A stretch of DNA of 64,000 nt, taken from positions 1 through 64,000 of IMG/VR virus record IMGVR_UViG_3300042896_000648; one strand, 5' to 3'. How positions within the stretch are numbered: position 1 is the first letter of the stretch; each line of letters opens with the position of its first letter. Under the pieces are notes generated by a model, which was given only the letters and a program-made list of their open reading frames with translations, was not told the DNA's origin and did no database searches. Source of the DNA: a virus. This document shows positions 10,440 to 19,767 of this stretch, piece after piece. The position numbers and the translations under genes are program-made.

Positions 10440-10651
10440 AAAGAAAGAAAATGGAAAAGAACGAATTTAAAAAGACTATAAAGGTTTATAAAAGCCACAA
10501 GTTAACCGATAATTATATCAGTATCAATTACGCTGTATTACTTGGCGATAATGCAATCTCAACAGAAAGAAAAATAAGAATACAAAATACCGGAGGAGCT
10601 TTAACGTCTTTATATAATTATTTTAATTAAACAATCTAAACAATTACAAAA

Positions 10652-10987
10652 ATGAAATTTACATCAAAACTTGTTAAAAAAGCCTGGGAAATATTTAAAA
10701 AAATATGCCCTAAAAACGCCTCAGTTGAAGCAATTAAGAATTATATGAGCCATGCATATAAGGTGGCGTTTAAATGGCTTAAAAGTCTGATTAAAGGGCA
10801 AATAATCTTTTGGAAATTAAGCACAGAAGAAATCGAGACCAGAGAGGTAATGGAGGTAGACGAAGTATTCAGCCCGAAAACAGGAAGAGAAGTACCTAAG
10901 GCTATGTTTACATTCATAGATAAGGTTAAATATCTGGCCGGTGAGTTAAATCCTGTTATTTCAATTAATCAATTTCAATTGTTATGA
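10652..10987 (+). CDS. possible DUF2693/WYL-like SH3-fold protein
   Basis: K.AW...K.LIKGQIIFWK...R pattern. Confidence 0.4.
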   Translation: MKFTSKLVKKAWEIFKKICPKNASVEAIKNYMSHAYKVAFKWLKSLIKGQIIFWKLSTEEIETREVMEVDEVFSPKTGREVPKAMFTFIDKVKYLAGELNPVISINQFQLL

Positions 10988-11113
10988 TAATCACAAAAGA
11001 ACAACAAGAAGCAATATTCATAAAGTATGTTAATGAAAAGCATACAACTGATGAATGTATCGGATTTATTGATGGAATGAATAGATTAATGGAACTTATA
11101 ATTAAGATAGAAA

Positions 11114-11299
11114 ATGGATTACAATAAAATTACAAACATTGAGTTTGAAGGAATTGATTACAGAGATAGTCCCGATTTTTCGGATGCGCACATAATTAGT
11201 GCAGAATACGAAGGCGAAGAAATGACAGACGAACAGATTCAAGATTTGAACGAGAATAGCGATTTTGTTTACAGCGCATTAATGGACTACTTAAATTAA
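11114..11299 (+). CDS. small, highly acidic phage protein
   Basis: 17 D/E versus 2 K/R in 61 aa; GID.RD.PDFSDA motif. Confidence 0.75.
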   Translation: MDYNKITNIEFEGIDYRDSPDFSDAHIISAEYEGEEMTDEQIQDLNENSDFVYSALMDYLN

Positions 11300-11486
11300 T
11301 GGATAAGCGAAAGATTAAGTTAAGAAGCTTAAAAAAGAAACTCGAAGCTATTCAGGTAAAATATCCTGAAATTAATTTAAAGGATTTAGAGTTAAAGCGG
11401 GATATTATTAAGTATCACGAAATATTTAAAGAGCATTTTCACCTGGAGTTTGAGATAGAGCATTGTCCTGTTTGTTTTAAAAGATT

Positions 11487-11825
11487 ATGAAATCATATAC
11501 CTTTAACTTTTCAGACAGTGAGCAAAAGGAAATATTTATTAACCTAGTTAAGAACATGGAAGGAAAATTAAACATTAAGATAGACACACCAGACCAGCTA
11601 AGGTCTTCAGCCGAAAACCGTTACTACTTCGGGGTAGTGATTAAAATGATAGCAGACGAAACAGGAAATACAGATTTCGATATTCATAATGAAATGAAGG
11701 CTATGTTCTGCCTCGATACTACGAGATTAACTATTGAATCTTTCGAGATTTACTGCGAGAAAATAAGAATTTGGGCATTAAACTTTTTAAACTTAAAAAT
11801 ACCTCTACCGAGGGAAATAATATGA
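11487..11825 (+). CDS. ninB: NinB/Orf-family recombination protein
   Basis: RS...NRYYFGVV...IA...G...H..MK..F...TT.L....F..Y.EKI..W......IP.P. Confidence 0.75.
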   Translation: MKSYTFNFSDSEQKEIFINLVKNMEGKLNIKIDTPDQLRSSAENRYYFGVVIKMIADETGNTDFDIHNEMKAMFCLDTTRLTIESFEIYCEKIRIWALNFLNLKIPLPREII

Positions 11826-12235
11826 GAGAGATAAAATTTAGGGCATGGGATTATTTAAATAAACAAATGTGGAATTCAGATGAAGACGGAAAGTCATTGG
11901 GTGATAATATGAGTTTTCATTTATACTTTGAAAACGGTTTATTAAAAGCAGTGATTGATAAATGTTTTGACCATACTAATATTATTGATAGTAAAATATA
12001 TTCGTGCGAAATTATGCAATTCACCGGATTAAAAGATAAAAATGGAGTAGATATTTATGCAGGCGATATTATGAAAGATAGATTTGGTGCTATTTGTAAA
12101 ATAGTTTATGTTGAAGAATATGGGTCTTTTAAACAATTATCTGAAATGGGTTATTCTCCATTAAATCAATCTGCAATAATTAGTGATAACGATGTTGTTA
12201 TAGGAAATATTTACGAAAACAAAGAATTATTATGA
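11822..12235 (+). CDS. YopX-family protein
   Basis: MREIKFRAWD start; MQFTGLKDKNG..IY.GDI; VIGNIYEN.ELL. Confidence 0.9.
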   Translation: MREIKFRAWDYLNKQMWNSDEDGKSLGDNMSFHLYFENGLLKAVIDKCFDHTNIIDSKIYSCEIMQFTGLKDKNGVDIYAGDIMKDRFGAICKIVYVEEYGSFKQLSEMGYSPLNQSAIISDNDVVIGNIYENKELL

Positions 12236-12630
12236 GAAATTACAGTAATGAAATAGTAAACTGTTGGAAGAAGACTCCAGAGCTCTTTAGGCAGGCAATA
12301 CAAAATCAGATAGACGAGATTAACTCGTTTGAGTTTGAGCCTTTAGAGGCTAAGTATTCGTTCAATTCAGGCTTTATGGTTATGATTGACGAGTTTAATA
12401 TCTCGTTCGAGAACAATCTGCCAGAGCGGTGTCTTTATATACTAGATAAGATTAAGGAAAATTTTAATTTAAAATAAGATGAAAATAATAATGCCCGTAA
12501 TAAACGGAATGATATTAAGTAGTATAGCTACAGCACAAGGTTATGCTATTAACGATTGGCAATTTTGGGCTTATGTTTTATTTGGTGGTTTGTATGTGAT
12601 TAGTTACGAAAAGTTAAAAAATTTAAAATA

Positions 12631-12894
12631 ATGGAAATAACATTAGAATCAGCATCATTCGTATTTAGCCAGGATGGCAATTGTATTGATGGCGGACATG
12701 AGACTTTAGAAGTAAGGTATGAATCTAGTCTAGGAATAGATAGGGATTGCGGTGGGTTTTTTGTTTTAAAAACCGATCAATGGTCAGTTGATGGAGCAGA
12801 AGATTTAAAGGCCTTGTTTGATAGGATAACGAAGATTAATATTGAAGTTGAAATACCTCCTAGTAATGTTGAAGAATTTTTAAAATTAAAATAA
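12631..12894 (+). CDS. hypothetical protein
   Basis: ORF in the early block. Confidence 0.7.
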   Translation: MEITLESASFVFSQDGNCIDGGHETLEVRYESSLGIDRDCGGFFVLKTDQWSVDGAEDLKALFDRITKINIEVEIPPSNVEEFLKLK

Positions 12895-13069
12895 TGGAAG
12901 AAGTAATAGAAAAAATATTTGATTATGGTTGGGACAGTACTGCTCACGGAAACTACGAGATACACAAGGCCAAAGCCGTAGAATTATTTTCTGCTGAAAT
13001 TAGGGTTCTTATACTCGAATCACAGGCCAAAGAGATAGATAAAATTTTTGAACTTTTAAAGAAAATGAT

Positions 13070-13222
13070 ATGATAAACCCTGAAAATTTGTACACCCAAG
13101 CAGAATACGCCCGTAAAGTAGGTTCGAAAAGGTGTTGGATTAACCAGCAAGTCAAGGCCGGAAATGTTCCAAATTGTAGAGTTGTAAAAATAAATGGCGC
13201 TAAATTAATTGAAATAAAATGA
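13070..13222 (+). CDS. 50-aa HTH / excisionase-like DNA-binding protein (not in ORF track)
   Basis: LYTQAEYARKVG.KRCWINQQVKAG; ATGA coupling at both ends. Confidence 0.55.
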   Translation: MINPENLYTQAEYARKVGSKRCWINQQVKAGNVPNCRVVKINGAKLIEIK

Positions 13223-13839
13223 AAAATATACACGTAATAAAAACGGATAAACCAAGTAGTTTATCAATTATAGATAGTCAATTGATATATTCAAAAAAGT
13301 ACTTTATTAATCCTCAACATATTTATATTACTTCTAACGAAGAAATAAAAGAAGGGGTTAACCAATGGTATTTAGATAAAGTATGGAATAAACCTTGCAA
13401 TTCAGGATGTGCTCAATATTCTTCTAAACAAGATGTAATCATTCTCACCACAGACCAAGACCTAATCAAAGATGGCGTTCAGCAAATTGAAGACGATTTC
13501 CTTGAATGGTTTGTTAAGAATCCGAATTGTGAGGAAGTTGAGATAAAAGACATAACGACAATTCCCGCTTTGCAGTTAGGAAGTCCAAACGGTCATTTGA
13601 TGTACAAAATTATAATTACGCAAGAAAATAAACAAAAAACACTTGAACAAACAGTAAAAGAACTATCTCAGGGGCATAGTTTAGAAAATACTTTAATGGC
13701 TTTTGCTAATTTAGGGGCAGAATGGCAAGCAAATAAACCAATCGAAGACTTATCTTATTGGAAGTTAAATGCGGAAGAGAATTATTCTACAACGCCAATC
13801 AGTGTACTAAAATATATTTCAGAACTTGAAAAATTATGA
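13219..13839 (+). CDS. hypothetical phage protein (TTDQDLIKDGVQ / GAEWQ family)
   Basis: Coupled ORF; GAEWQ is related to the GANWQ motif of 22987, 23201 and 44323. Confidence 0.75.
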   Translation: MKNIHVIKTDKPSSLSIIDSQLIYSKKYFINPQHIYITSNEEIKEGVNQWYLDKVWNKPCNSGCAQYSSKQDVIILTTDQDLIKDGVQQIEDDFLEWFVKNPNCEEVEIKDITTIPALQLGSPNGHLMYKIIITQENKQKTLEQTVKELSQGHSLENTLMAFANLGAEWQANKPIEDLSYWKLNAEENYSTTPISVLKYISELEKL

Positions 13840-14156
13840 AAATAATAATATTATTATTAATCTGTAGTTTAAGCTACGGACAGAAAATGACTGATGACAC
13901 TAAGCATTTTATTGCCGGTGTTGGGATTACAATTACTTCTTCATACGTAATCCATAAAATTACAAAAAGACCTTTTTTAAGCTGCATTAGTGGCCTTGCA
14001 ATTGGAGTAGGTACAGGATTGGCTAAAGAGTACATTTATGACCGTGCAATGGGTAAGGGTGTATTTAATAAGCAGGATTACAAGAATACTGCAATAGGAA
14101 GCGTATTTGGCTATATGACTATTCAGTGTTTAATAACTATTAAAAAAAGAAAATGA
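13836..14156 (+). CDS. membrane protein, YfiM/DUF2279-like
   Basis: Signal peptide; D..KHF.AG, AKE..YD and D...TA.G motifs. Confidence 0.55.
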   Translation: MKIIILLLICSLSYGQKMTDDTKHFIAGVGITITSSYVIHKITKRPFLSCISGLAIGVGTGLAKEYIYDRAMGKGVFNKQDYKNTAIGSVFGYMTIQCLITIKKRK

Positions 14157-14347
14157 AAAAGATAATTTTAGTATTCATATTACTTACAGGAATGTCCTGT
14201 AAAGATGATTTTAAACCGTGTTTAAAATTTACGCAAATTTGCGGGAAAGATACGGTTAGTGTAATTCACTGTTTCTATACAAGAGCAGAAGCACGAGAGC
14301 AAATAAGAATTTTTAATAAACCTGGTTGTACATTAACTTTTAAATAA
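14153..14347 (+). CDS. small lipoprotein
   Basis: MKK, hydrophobic stretch, then SC-KDD lipobox. Confidence 0.7.
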   Translation: MKKIILVFILLTGMSCKDDFKPCLKFTQICGKDTVSVIHCFYTRAEAREQIRIFNKPGCTLTFK

Positions 14348-14348
14348 A

Positions 14349-14510
14349 ATGACAGATTTAGAAAAATTAATTAAGACGTTTGATGAAATTGGGGTTGAGT
14401 ATGATAATACTATTCATGTAGATGAAGTTATTTTAGTTCTCCGTGATAATGGATATAGGCAAGATTTTATCTTTATAGACGGAAAATTTATTCGTGTAGA
14501 AATATATTAA
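14349..14510 (+). CDS. 53-aa protein, tandem paralog A (not in ORF track)
   Basis: MTDLEKLIKTFDEIGVEY... Confidence 0.7.
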   Translation: MTDLEKLIKTFDEIGVEYDNTIHVDEVILVLRDNGYRQDFIFIDGKFIRVEIY

Positions 14511-14512
14511 TT

Positions 14513-14677
14513 ATGACAGATTTAGAAAAATTAACAAATACATTTGATGAAATTGGGGTTGAATATAATATCCACTATGATGAATATGGCGTTATAGTAT
14601 CAATAAAAAACAATTTTGAAAGTGAAATTGTATTTTCGAAAGGAAAGTATATTGAAAAGTATATTAATCAAGAATAA
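14513..14677 (+). CDS. 54-aa protein, tandem paralog B (not in ORF track)
   Basis: MTDLEKLTNTFDEIGVEY... Confidence 0.7.
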   Translation: MTDLEKLTNTFDEIGVEYNIHYDEYGVIVSIKNNFESEIVFSKGKYIEKYINQE

Positions 14678-14682
14678 TTAGC

Positions 14683-14808
14683 TATATTTGTAATACGATT
14701 TAGCGATCGAAGCATTAAAGAAAATATTTTGCCATTTTTTGGTCTGATTCTATGGGGTTTTTGATGCACCCTCGCTACATAGAAGACGACCGAAAAGTGG
14801 CTTTTTTT
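14683..14808 (+). promoter_or_regulatory. promoter plus structured leader with terminator ahead of the replication operon
   Basis: TATATTTG at 14683-14690; long stem 14731-14801 followed by T7. Confidence 0.75.
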
Positions 14809-14821
14809 ATTTAAAAAAAAC

Positions 14822-15331
14822 ATGATTATAATACCAGAAATTGGATTTGACAAAGAAATAAACTTACTCTATGAAGATAGAGGTTTTATTCACCATTATT
14901 ACACAAGAGAAAAAATAAATGCATTAGTTAATTCTGTTGTAGCACTTGCTAATGAAGCATTGGAATTAATGGATAAAAATAATTTATCAGATGATTTTGT
15001 AATTAGTTATAATAAGTTAAAATCAGATAAAGAAAATTCTGGATTTTATTCTAATGGACAAAAATCAAATAAAAATACAGCTAGGATTGTAGATTTATAT
15101 TTAATACAAAATACTAATAATAAAAATTTAAAAATAGGTATATCTAAAAATGTTAACTTACGACTACTTTCTCTTCAGTCAAATAATTCAGATAAGTTAG
15201 AAATTATATCCGTTATTAAAAACAAATCTAATATTGAAAGACAATTACACAAAAAATTTAGCAATTTAAGAATATATAAAGAATGGTTTAAATATGACGA
15301 ATCTATTGTTAAACATTTTGAATCACTATGA
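14822..15331 (+). CDS. T5orf172/MUG113 (GIY-YIG-like) domain protein
   Basis: YLIQ......LKIGIS....RL..LQ...E.QLHKKF...I..EWF. Confidence 0.8.
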   Translation: MIIIPEIGFDKEINLLYEDRGFIHHYYTREKINALVNSVVALANEALELMDKNNLSDDFVISYNKLKSDKENSGFYSNGQKSNKNTARIVDLYLIQNTNNKNLKIGISKNVNLRLLSLQSNNSDKLEIISVIKNKSNIERQLHKKFSNLRIYKEWFKYDESIVKHFESL

Positions 15332-16281
15332 ACAAAGAACAAATATATTTTCCGCATTATGTAAATACCAGAAATGATAGACGAGTTAAAAGACTTCGTA
15401 AAGATATGGGTCTTGAAGGTTATGGTGCTTTTATTTCTTTATTTGAAGTTTTAAGAGAACAAATTGATTATCGTTTTCCGCTTTCAGATATTGATTTACT
15501 ATCTGATGAATTTGGAATTTCAGAAGCAAAGCTTAAAACTATCGTAATGAACTATGATTTATTTATAGTTGATATAGATTTGAAGTTTTTTTCAGTTGAA
15601 TTAATAGAATCTATACAACCGTTTCTAAGGGCAAAAGAACAGCGAAAAAATGCCATAAAGGCACGTTGGGATAAAACTAAAGTACTTGAAATACAACAAG
15701 AAACTATACGACCGTATAACGACCATATTACGACCGAAATACAAAGTAAAGTAAATGAAAGTAAAGTAAATGAAATTAAAGAAATATTACTTGTCGATTT
15801 TCAAAAAAATGAAAATCTCGACTCTGACTTAAATTCTAAAATTCCGCAGAAAAAAGATAAAGAGAGTTTGACCGCAGAAAAAAAAGAAAGATTCGATTTG
15901 GCTTGGGCTTTATATGATAGGCACGGAAATAAAAAAACCTCATTGGCTCGCTTTTTAAAGTTGTCTGATTCAGAAATAGAAAACCTATTTGCGGATGTGC
16001 CGGTGTACAAAAAAATACCTACTGAAATTAAATATAGAAAACATTTCGAAGTTTACATTAATGGAAAGTGTTGGGAAGACAGAGAAATCGTTAAAGTTCA
16101 AGAAAAAATAGTAGAATTAATCCCACATCCTTTAGGCTTTCGATTCTTGGATTCAGAAGAAACAAATAAGTTGAGTAGTATTAGCGATAAAGCATACACC
16201 GATTATATCCTAGCCTCTAGGGAAGCACGAAATGAAGGTTATTACAAGAACGAAAACAATATAGCTGTAAAAAACAAATGA
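15328..16281 (+). CDS. replication initiator-like protein (DUF4373 / Lin1244-like N-terminus)
   Basis: YFPH..N.RND.RV..LR...GLEGYG.F..L.E.L motif; position directly before the helicase. Confidence 0.75.
   Translation: MNKEQIYFPHYVNTRNDRRVKRLRKDMGLEGYGAFISLFEVLREQIDYRFPLSDIDLLSDEFGISEAKLKTIVMNYDLFIVDIDLKFFSVELIESIQPFLRAKEQRKNAIKARWDKTKVLEIQQETIRPYNDHITTEIQSKVNESKVNEIKEILLVDFQKNENLDSDLNSKIPQKKDKESLTAEKKERFDLAWALYDRHGNKKTSLARFLKLSDSEIENLFADVPVYKKIPTEIKYRKHFEVYINGKCWEDREIVKVQEKIVELIPHPLGFRFLDSEETNKLSSISDKAYTDYILASREARNEGYYKNENNIAVKNK
15707..15772. repeat. iteron-like repeats plus AT-rich repeat, probable replication origin
   Basis: Three 11-bp units (wACGACCrwAw), then two copies of AAAGTAAAGTAAATG. 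Confidence 0.6.
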
Positions 16282-17990
16282 GAATAAAAAGCCTAGCTAC
16301 CAAAATAGTATACGATTTAGAATTTTCTAAGTCAGGAGAAAACACAAGTACCTGTCCAGACTGTATTGATGATAGAAAAAATAAGAAGGCAAAGCCTTTC
16401 TCGTTTAATGTTTCCAAAGGTCGTGGCTACTGCAATCATTGTAACGCAGCTTTTGTGGAAGAAACCTACGGAAAGGAATTTACAAAACCCGTTTTTGACG
16501 AAACATTCAAGAGCCTAAAACCGGCTTGGGTTGATAATTTCCTAGCAAAGAGAAGTATTTCAGAATCTACCCTTACTAAAATGAAGGTAAGCGAAAAGAA
16601 TGGAATGATAGCTTATCCATTTTTTAGAAAAGGAGAATTAATTAATGTCAAGTATCGTGGAGCAAATAAAGAGTTTCGTCTTGAATCAGGAGCAGAACTT
16701 TGTTGGTATAATTATGATGCAATTTTGAATTTTAAAGAAATTGTAATAGTTGAAGGAGAAACAGATTGTCTTTCATTTATCGAATCAGGAATAGAAAACT
16801 GTATTTCAGTTCCAAATGGTGCAAATGTAGGCAAGATGGAATATTTCGACAATTCTATTTCAGACCTAGATAAAATTGAGCGATTTTATATCTGTACAGA
16901 TGCCGATACTAAGGGTATGGAAATAAGAGACGAACTCATTAGAAGGCTTGGAGAAGATAAGTGTTTTACTTGCAATTTAAGGCAATATAAAGACGCAAAT
17001 GAATATCTTATAGGACAAGGCAGAGAAAGTCTCTTAGAAGTAATTAAAACAGCAAAAAACGTAAAGATAAATGGAGTAATTGAATTCAATGATTTTAAGA
17101 ACGAATTTCGTGACTTACATAAGAATGGACTTCAACCAGGGAAAACAATCGGTGCTTTTCTTGACAAGTTAATTACTTGGGAAACTGGAAGGCTTGCTAT
17201 ATTCAGCGGAGTTCCTTCGTGTGGAAAAAGTGAATTAGTTGATTTTATTAATATTAAACTTTCAATGAGGCACGGTTGGAAAGTAGCTTATTACTCGCCT
17301 GAAAGTCACCCTTCTCATTGTCATTCTGCTCGATTATCTGAAAAAATGGCAGGCTGTAAGTTTGAGAAAATAACAGATGATTCACTTGATTTATGCGAAA
17401 GATTTATTCAGGATAACTTTTTTTGGATTGATACAGATGAAAATAGCGTACTTGATGATATACTTCTTAAATTCAAGCAACTAATTAAAACAAAGGGAGT
17501 CAAAATATTGGTTATTGATCCGTGGAATTGTATCGAGAATGACGGAGGGTATTTAGACCAAGGCCGTTTACTTCAAAAAATAGTTAAATTTGCCAGAAGA
17601 AACAATGTCTTGATTATATTAGTTGCACACCCAAGGAAATTAGCAACAAATAAAGATACAAGAAAATTTGAAATGCCTACTATGTATGATATTGCCGGCA
17701 GTTCTGATTTTTGGAATATGTGCGATTATGGCGTTTTAATTCAGCGAGAGCAGGAGGATAATACGTTGAAGTTTTTAAACAATGGTAAGATTCAAATAGC
17801 TAAAGTTAAAACTAAGAATCTAGGGGAGCAAGGTGTGGCTAATTTTAAGTACGGTTATTATAGTGGTAGGTATTTTGATGAAACAGAATCTTTTGACGAT
17901 TCAAATTGGCTAAATCCCACAGAAATAATATTAACTATGCCAATACCTATGAATAACAATATTTTTAATGATATTGAAGTCCCTTTTTAA
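16278..17990 (+). CDS. bifunctional DNA primase-helicase (T7 gp4/Twinkle-like)
   Basis: Zn finger CPDC/CNHC; TOPRIM VEGETD and DAD; Walker A GVPSCGKS; LVIDPWN; LVAHPRK. Confidence 0.93.
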   Translation: MRIKSLATKIVYDLEFSKSGENTSTCPDCIDDRKNKKAKPFSFNVSKGRGYCNHCNAAFVEETYGKEFTKPVFDETFKSLKPAWVDNFLAKRSISESTLTKMKVSEKNGMIAYPFFRKGELINVKYRGANKEFRLESGAELCWYNYDAILNFKEIVIVEGETDCLSFIESGIENCISVPNGANVGKMEYFDNSISDLDKIERFYICTDADTKGMEIRDELIRRLGEDKCFTCNLRQYKDANEYLIGQGRESLLEVIKTAKNVKINGVIEFNDFKNEFRDLHKNGLQPGKTIGAFLDKLITWETGRLAIFSGVPSCGKSELVDFINIKLSMRHGWKVAYYSPESHPSHCHSARLSEKMAGCKFEKITDDSLDLCERFIQDNFFWIDTDENSVLDDILLKFKQLIKTKGVKILVIDPWNCIENDGGYLDQGRLLQKIVKFARRNNVLIILVAHPRKLATNKDTRKFEMPTMYDIAGSSDFWNMCDYGVLIQREQEDNTLKFLNNGKIQIAKVKTKNLGEQGVANFKYGYYSGRYFDETESFDDSNWLNPTEIILTMPIPMNNNIFNDIEVPF

Positions 17991-18011
17991 ATAATTATAA
18001 AATAAAATAAA

Positions 18012-18674
18012 ATGAACGTAAAATTAGTATCAATTACAAAGTCTTTAATAAAAGAAGCAGATTTATCACCTGAAGAATTAATTGTTTATGTAGCAAGGGT
18101 TTCAAATCCTTCTAATCAATTAAATTTTGAAACATCAGATAGGCTTATTTCTTATATGGTAAAAAATAAGCATTGGTCTCCTTTTGAAATGTGTGATATG
18201 ACTATTGAAATTATAACAAGTAGAGGCATTTCAGCACAGATTTTAAGGCATAAATCATTTTTTTTCCAGGAATTTTCACAAAGGTATTCAGAAGTAACTG
18301 ATTTAGAGCCTATTCAGTTAAGAAAGTCGGGAACGACAAATAGGCAAAGTAGTTCAGAAGAATTTGACCCAACCATTTGGGATGATTTAAAAGTTAAAGC
18401 TTCATTAGCAATTAAAGAACACTTAGAAGAAAGTCAGAGATTATATGAATCTTTACTTGAAGCAGGAGTAGCAAAAGAATGCGCAAGATTTATCCTTCCT
18501 TTAACAACACAAACTAAAATATATATGAAAGGAAGTATTAGAAGTTGGATACACTATTTACAGGTTAGGTCTGATAGCCACACACAATTAGAGCATCAAC
18601 AAATCGCATTTGCTATTTTAGAGATATTTAAAATTAACTTTCCTAATATTTCAAAAGCGTTAAGTTTAAACTAA
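18012..18674 (+). CDS. thyX: FAD-dependent thymidylate synthase
   Basis: HWSPFE, QILRHKSF.FQEFSQRY, E.ARFILP, HTQLEH. Confidence 0.95.
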   Translation: MNVKLVSITKSLIKEADLSPEELIVYVARVSNPSNQLNFETSDRLISYMVKNKHWSPFEMCDMTIEIITSRGISAQILRHKSFFFQEFSQRYSEVTDLEPIQLRKSGTTNRQSSSEEFDPTIWDDLKVKASLAIKEHLEESQRLYESLLEAGVAKECARFILPLTTQTKIYMKGSIRSWIHYLQVRSDSHTQLEHQQIAFAILEIFKINFPNISKALSLN

Positions 18675-18722
18675 TAATTTGTTTCTATAAAATATTTAAA
18701 TTACATTTGTTAAAAAAATAAC

Positions 18723-18926
18723 ATGAAAGACAAAAACATATTTGCAACATTACTAAATGTATTAGGATTAATTCAAATAATATTCTTTACCATCCTTCTA
18801 ATCTTAATGGTTTGGACAGATAATCCTGGATTTATACAAAATTTACTTTTAAGTGATTTTATATCCTTTGTATCAGTAATGATAATTTATTATTTACTAT
18901 ATTATACACCCGAAAAAGATAGATAA
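18723..18926 (+). CDS. small two-TM membrane protein
   Basis: Two hydrophobic segments; TACATTTG promoter at about 18702. Confidence 0.6.
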   Translation: MKDKNIFATLLNVLGLIQIIFFTILLILMVWTDNPGFIQNLLLSDFISFVSVMIIYYLLYYTPEKDR

Positions 18927-19151
18927 AATGGAAAATAAAAAGATTCTAAAATTAGCATTAGAAAAATATGGATATAAATTAGATGATTCAACAATTTTTA
19001 CTAATAGTTTAATTATACCTGTTTTAGAAGCAATGGATAATGCAAGATTAGACCAATGCAATAAAGTTGTAAAAAAAATAGAGCAAAGAACAAACAGAAT
19101 AGGAATGTTTTATGCAAATGAAGAAAAAACATATAATTTAATTAAAAAACT

Positions 19152-19760
19152 ATGAGTTCTACAAATAGAAGTAATGCAAGAGATAGTCATATTTCAGATT
19201 ATTATGTAACGCCAAGTAAGCCTATTTTAAATTTATTTCAGGCACTTAAAGAAAGTGAATGTTCTGAATTATTTACATTAGATGAAGGAAAATTATTTTG
19301 GTGGCATAAATACTTAGACCCATGTGCCGGTGGAGACGAGAAAAATGAAATGAGTTATCCAAGCGTAATTCAAGGCTTAGGAGTTCATAAAGAATATATT
19401 AAAACAATTGATTTTAGAGAAAATTCAAAAGCTGAAATTAAAGCTGATTTCTTAAAATGTAATTGGAGTGAAAGATATAAAGTAGTAATTACTAATCCAC
19501 CTTTTAATATTGCAGAGGAGATTATAAAAAAATCATTTGAATTTGCAGAAGAAGGTGGATATGTAATTATGCTTTTAAGATTAAACTTTTTTGGATCTAA
19601 AAAAAGAAAAGAATTTTGGCAAAACAATATGCCTATTTTAACTTTTGTCCATAGAGAACGAATTTCATTTACAAATGGACAAACAGATAGTATTGAATAT
19701 ATGCATTGTGTTTGGAAAAAAGGGGTACAACAAAATTTTACAAAACTTTCAATTATATAA
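19152..19760 (+). CDS. phage DNA methyltransferase (amino-MTase, likely N6-adenine)
   Basis: DYY.TP; LDPCAGG SAM-binding motif; ITNPPF catalytic motif. Confidence 0.85.
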   Translation: MSSTNRSNARDSHISDYYVTPSKPILNLFQALKESECSELFTLDEGKLFWWHKYLDPCAGGDEKNEMSYPSVIQGLGVHKEYIKTIDFRENSKAEIKADFLKCNWSERYKVVITNPPFNIAEEIIKKSFEFAEEGGYVIMLLRLNFFGSKKRKEFWQNNMPILTFVHRERISFTNGQTDSIEYMHCVWKKGVQQNFTKLSII

Positions 19761-19767
19761 TTTATTC

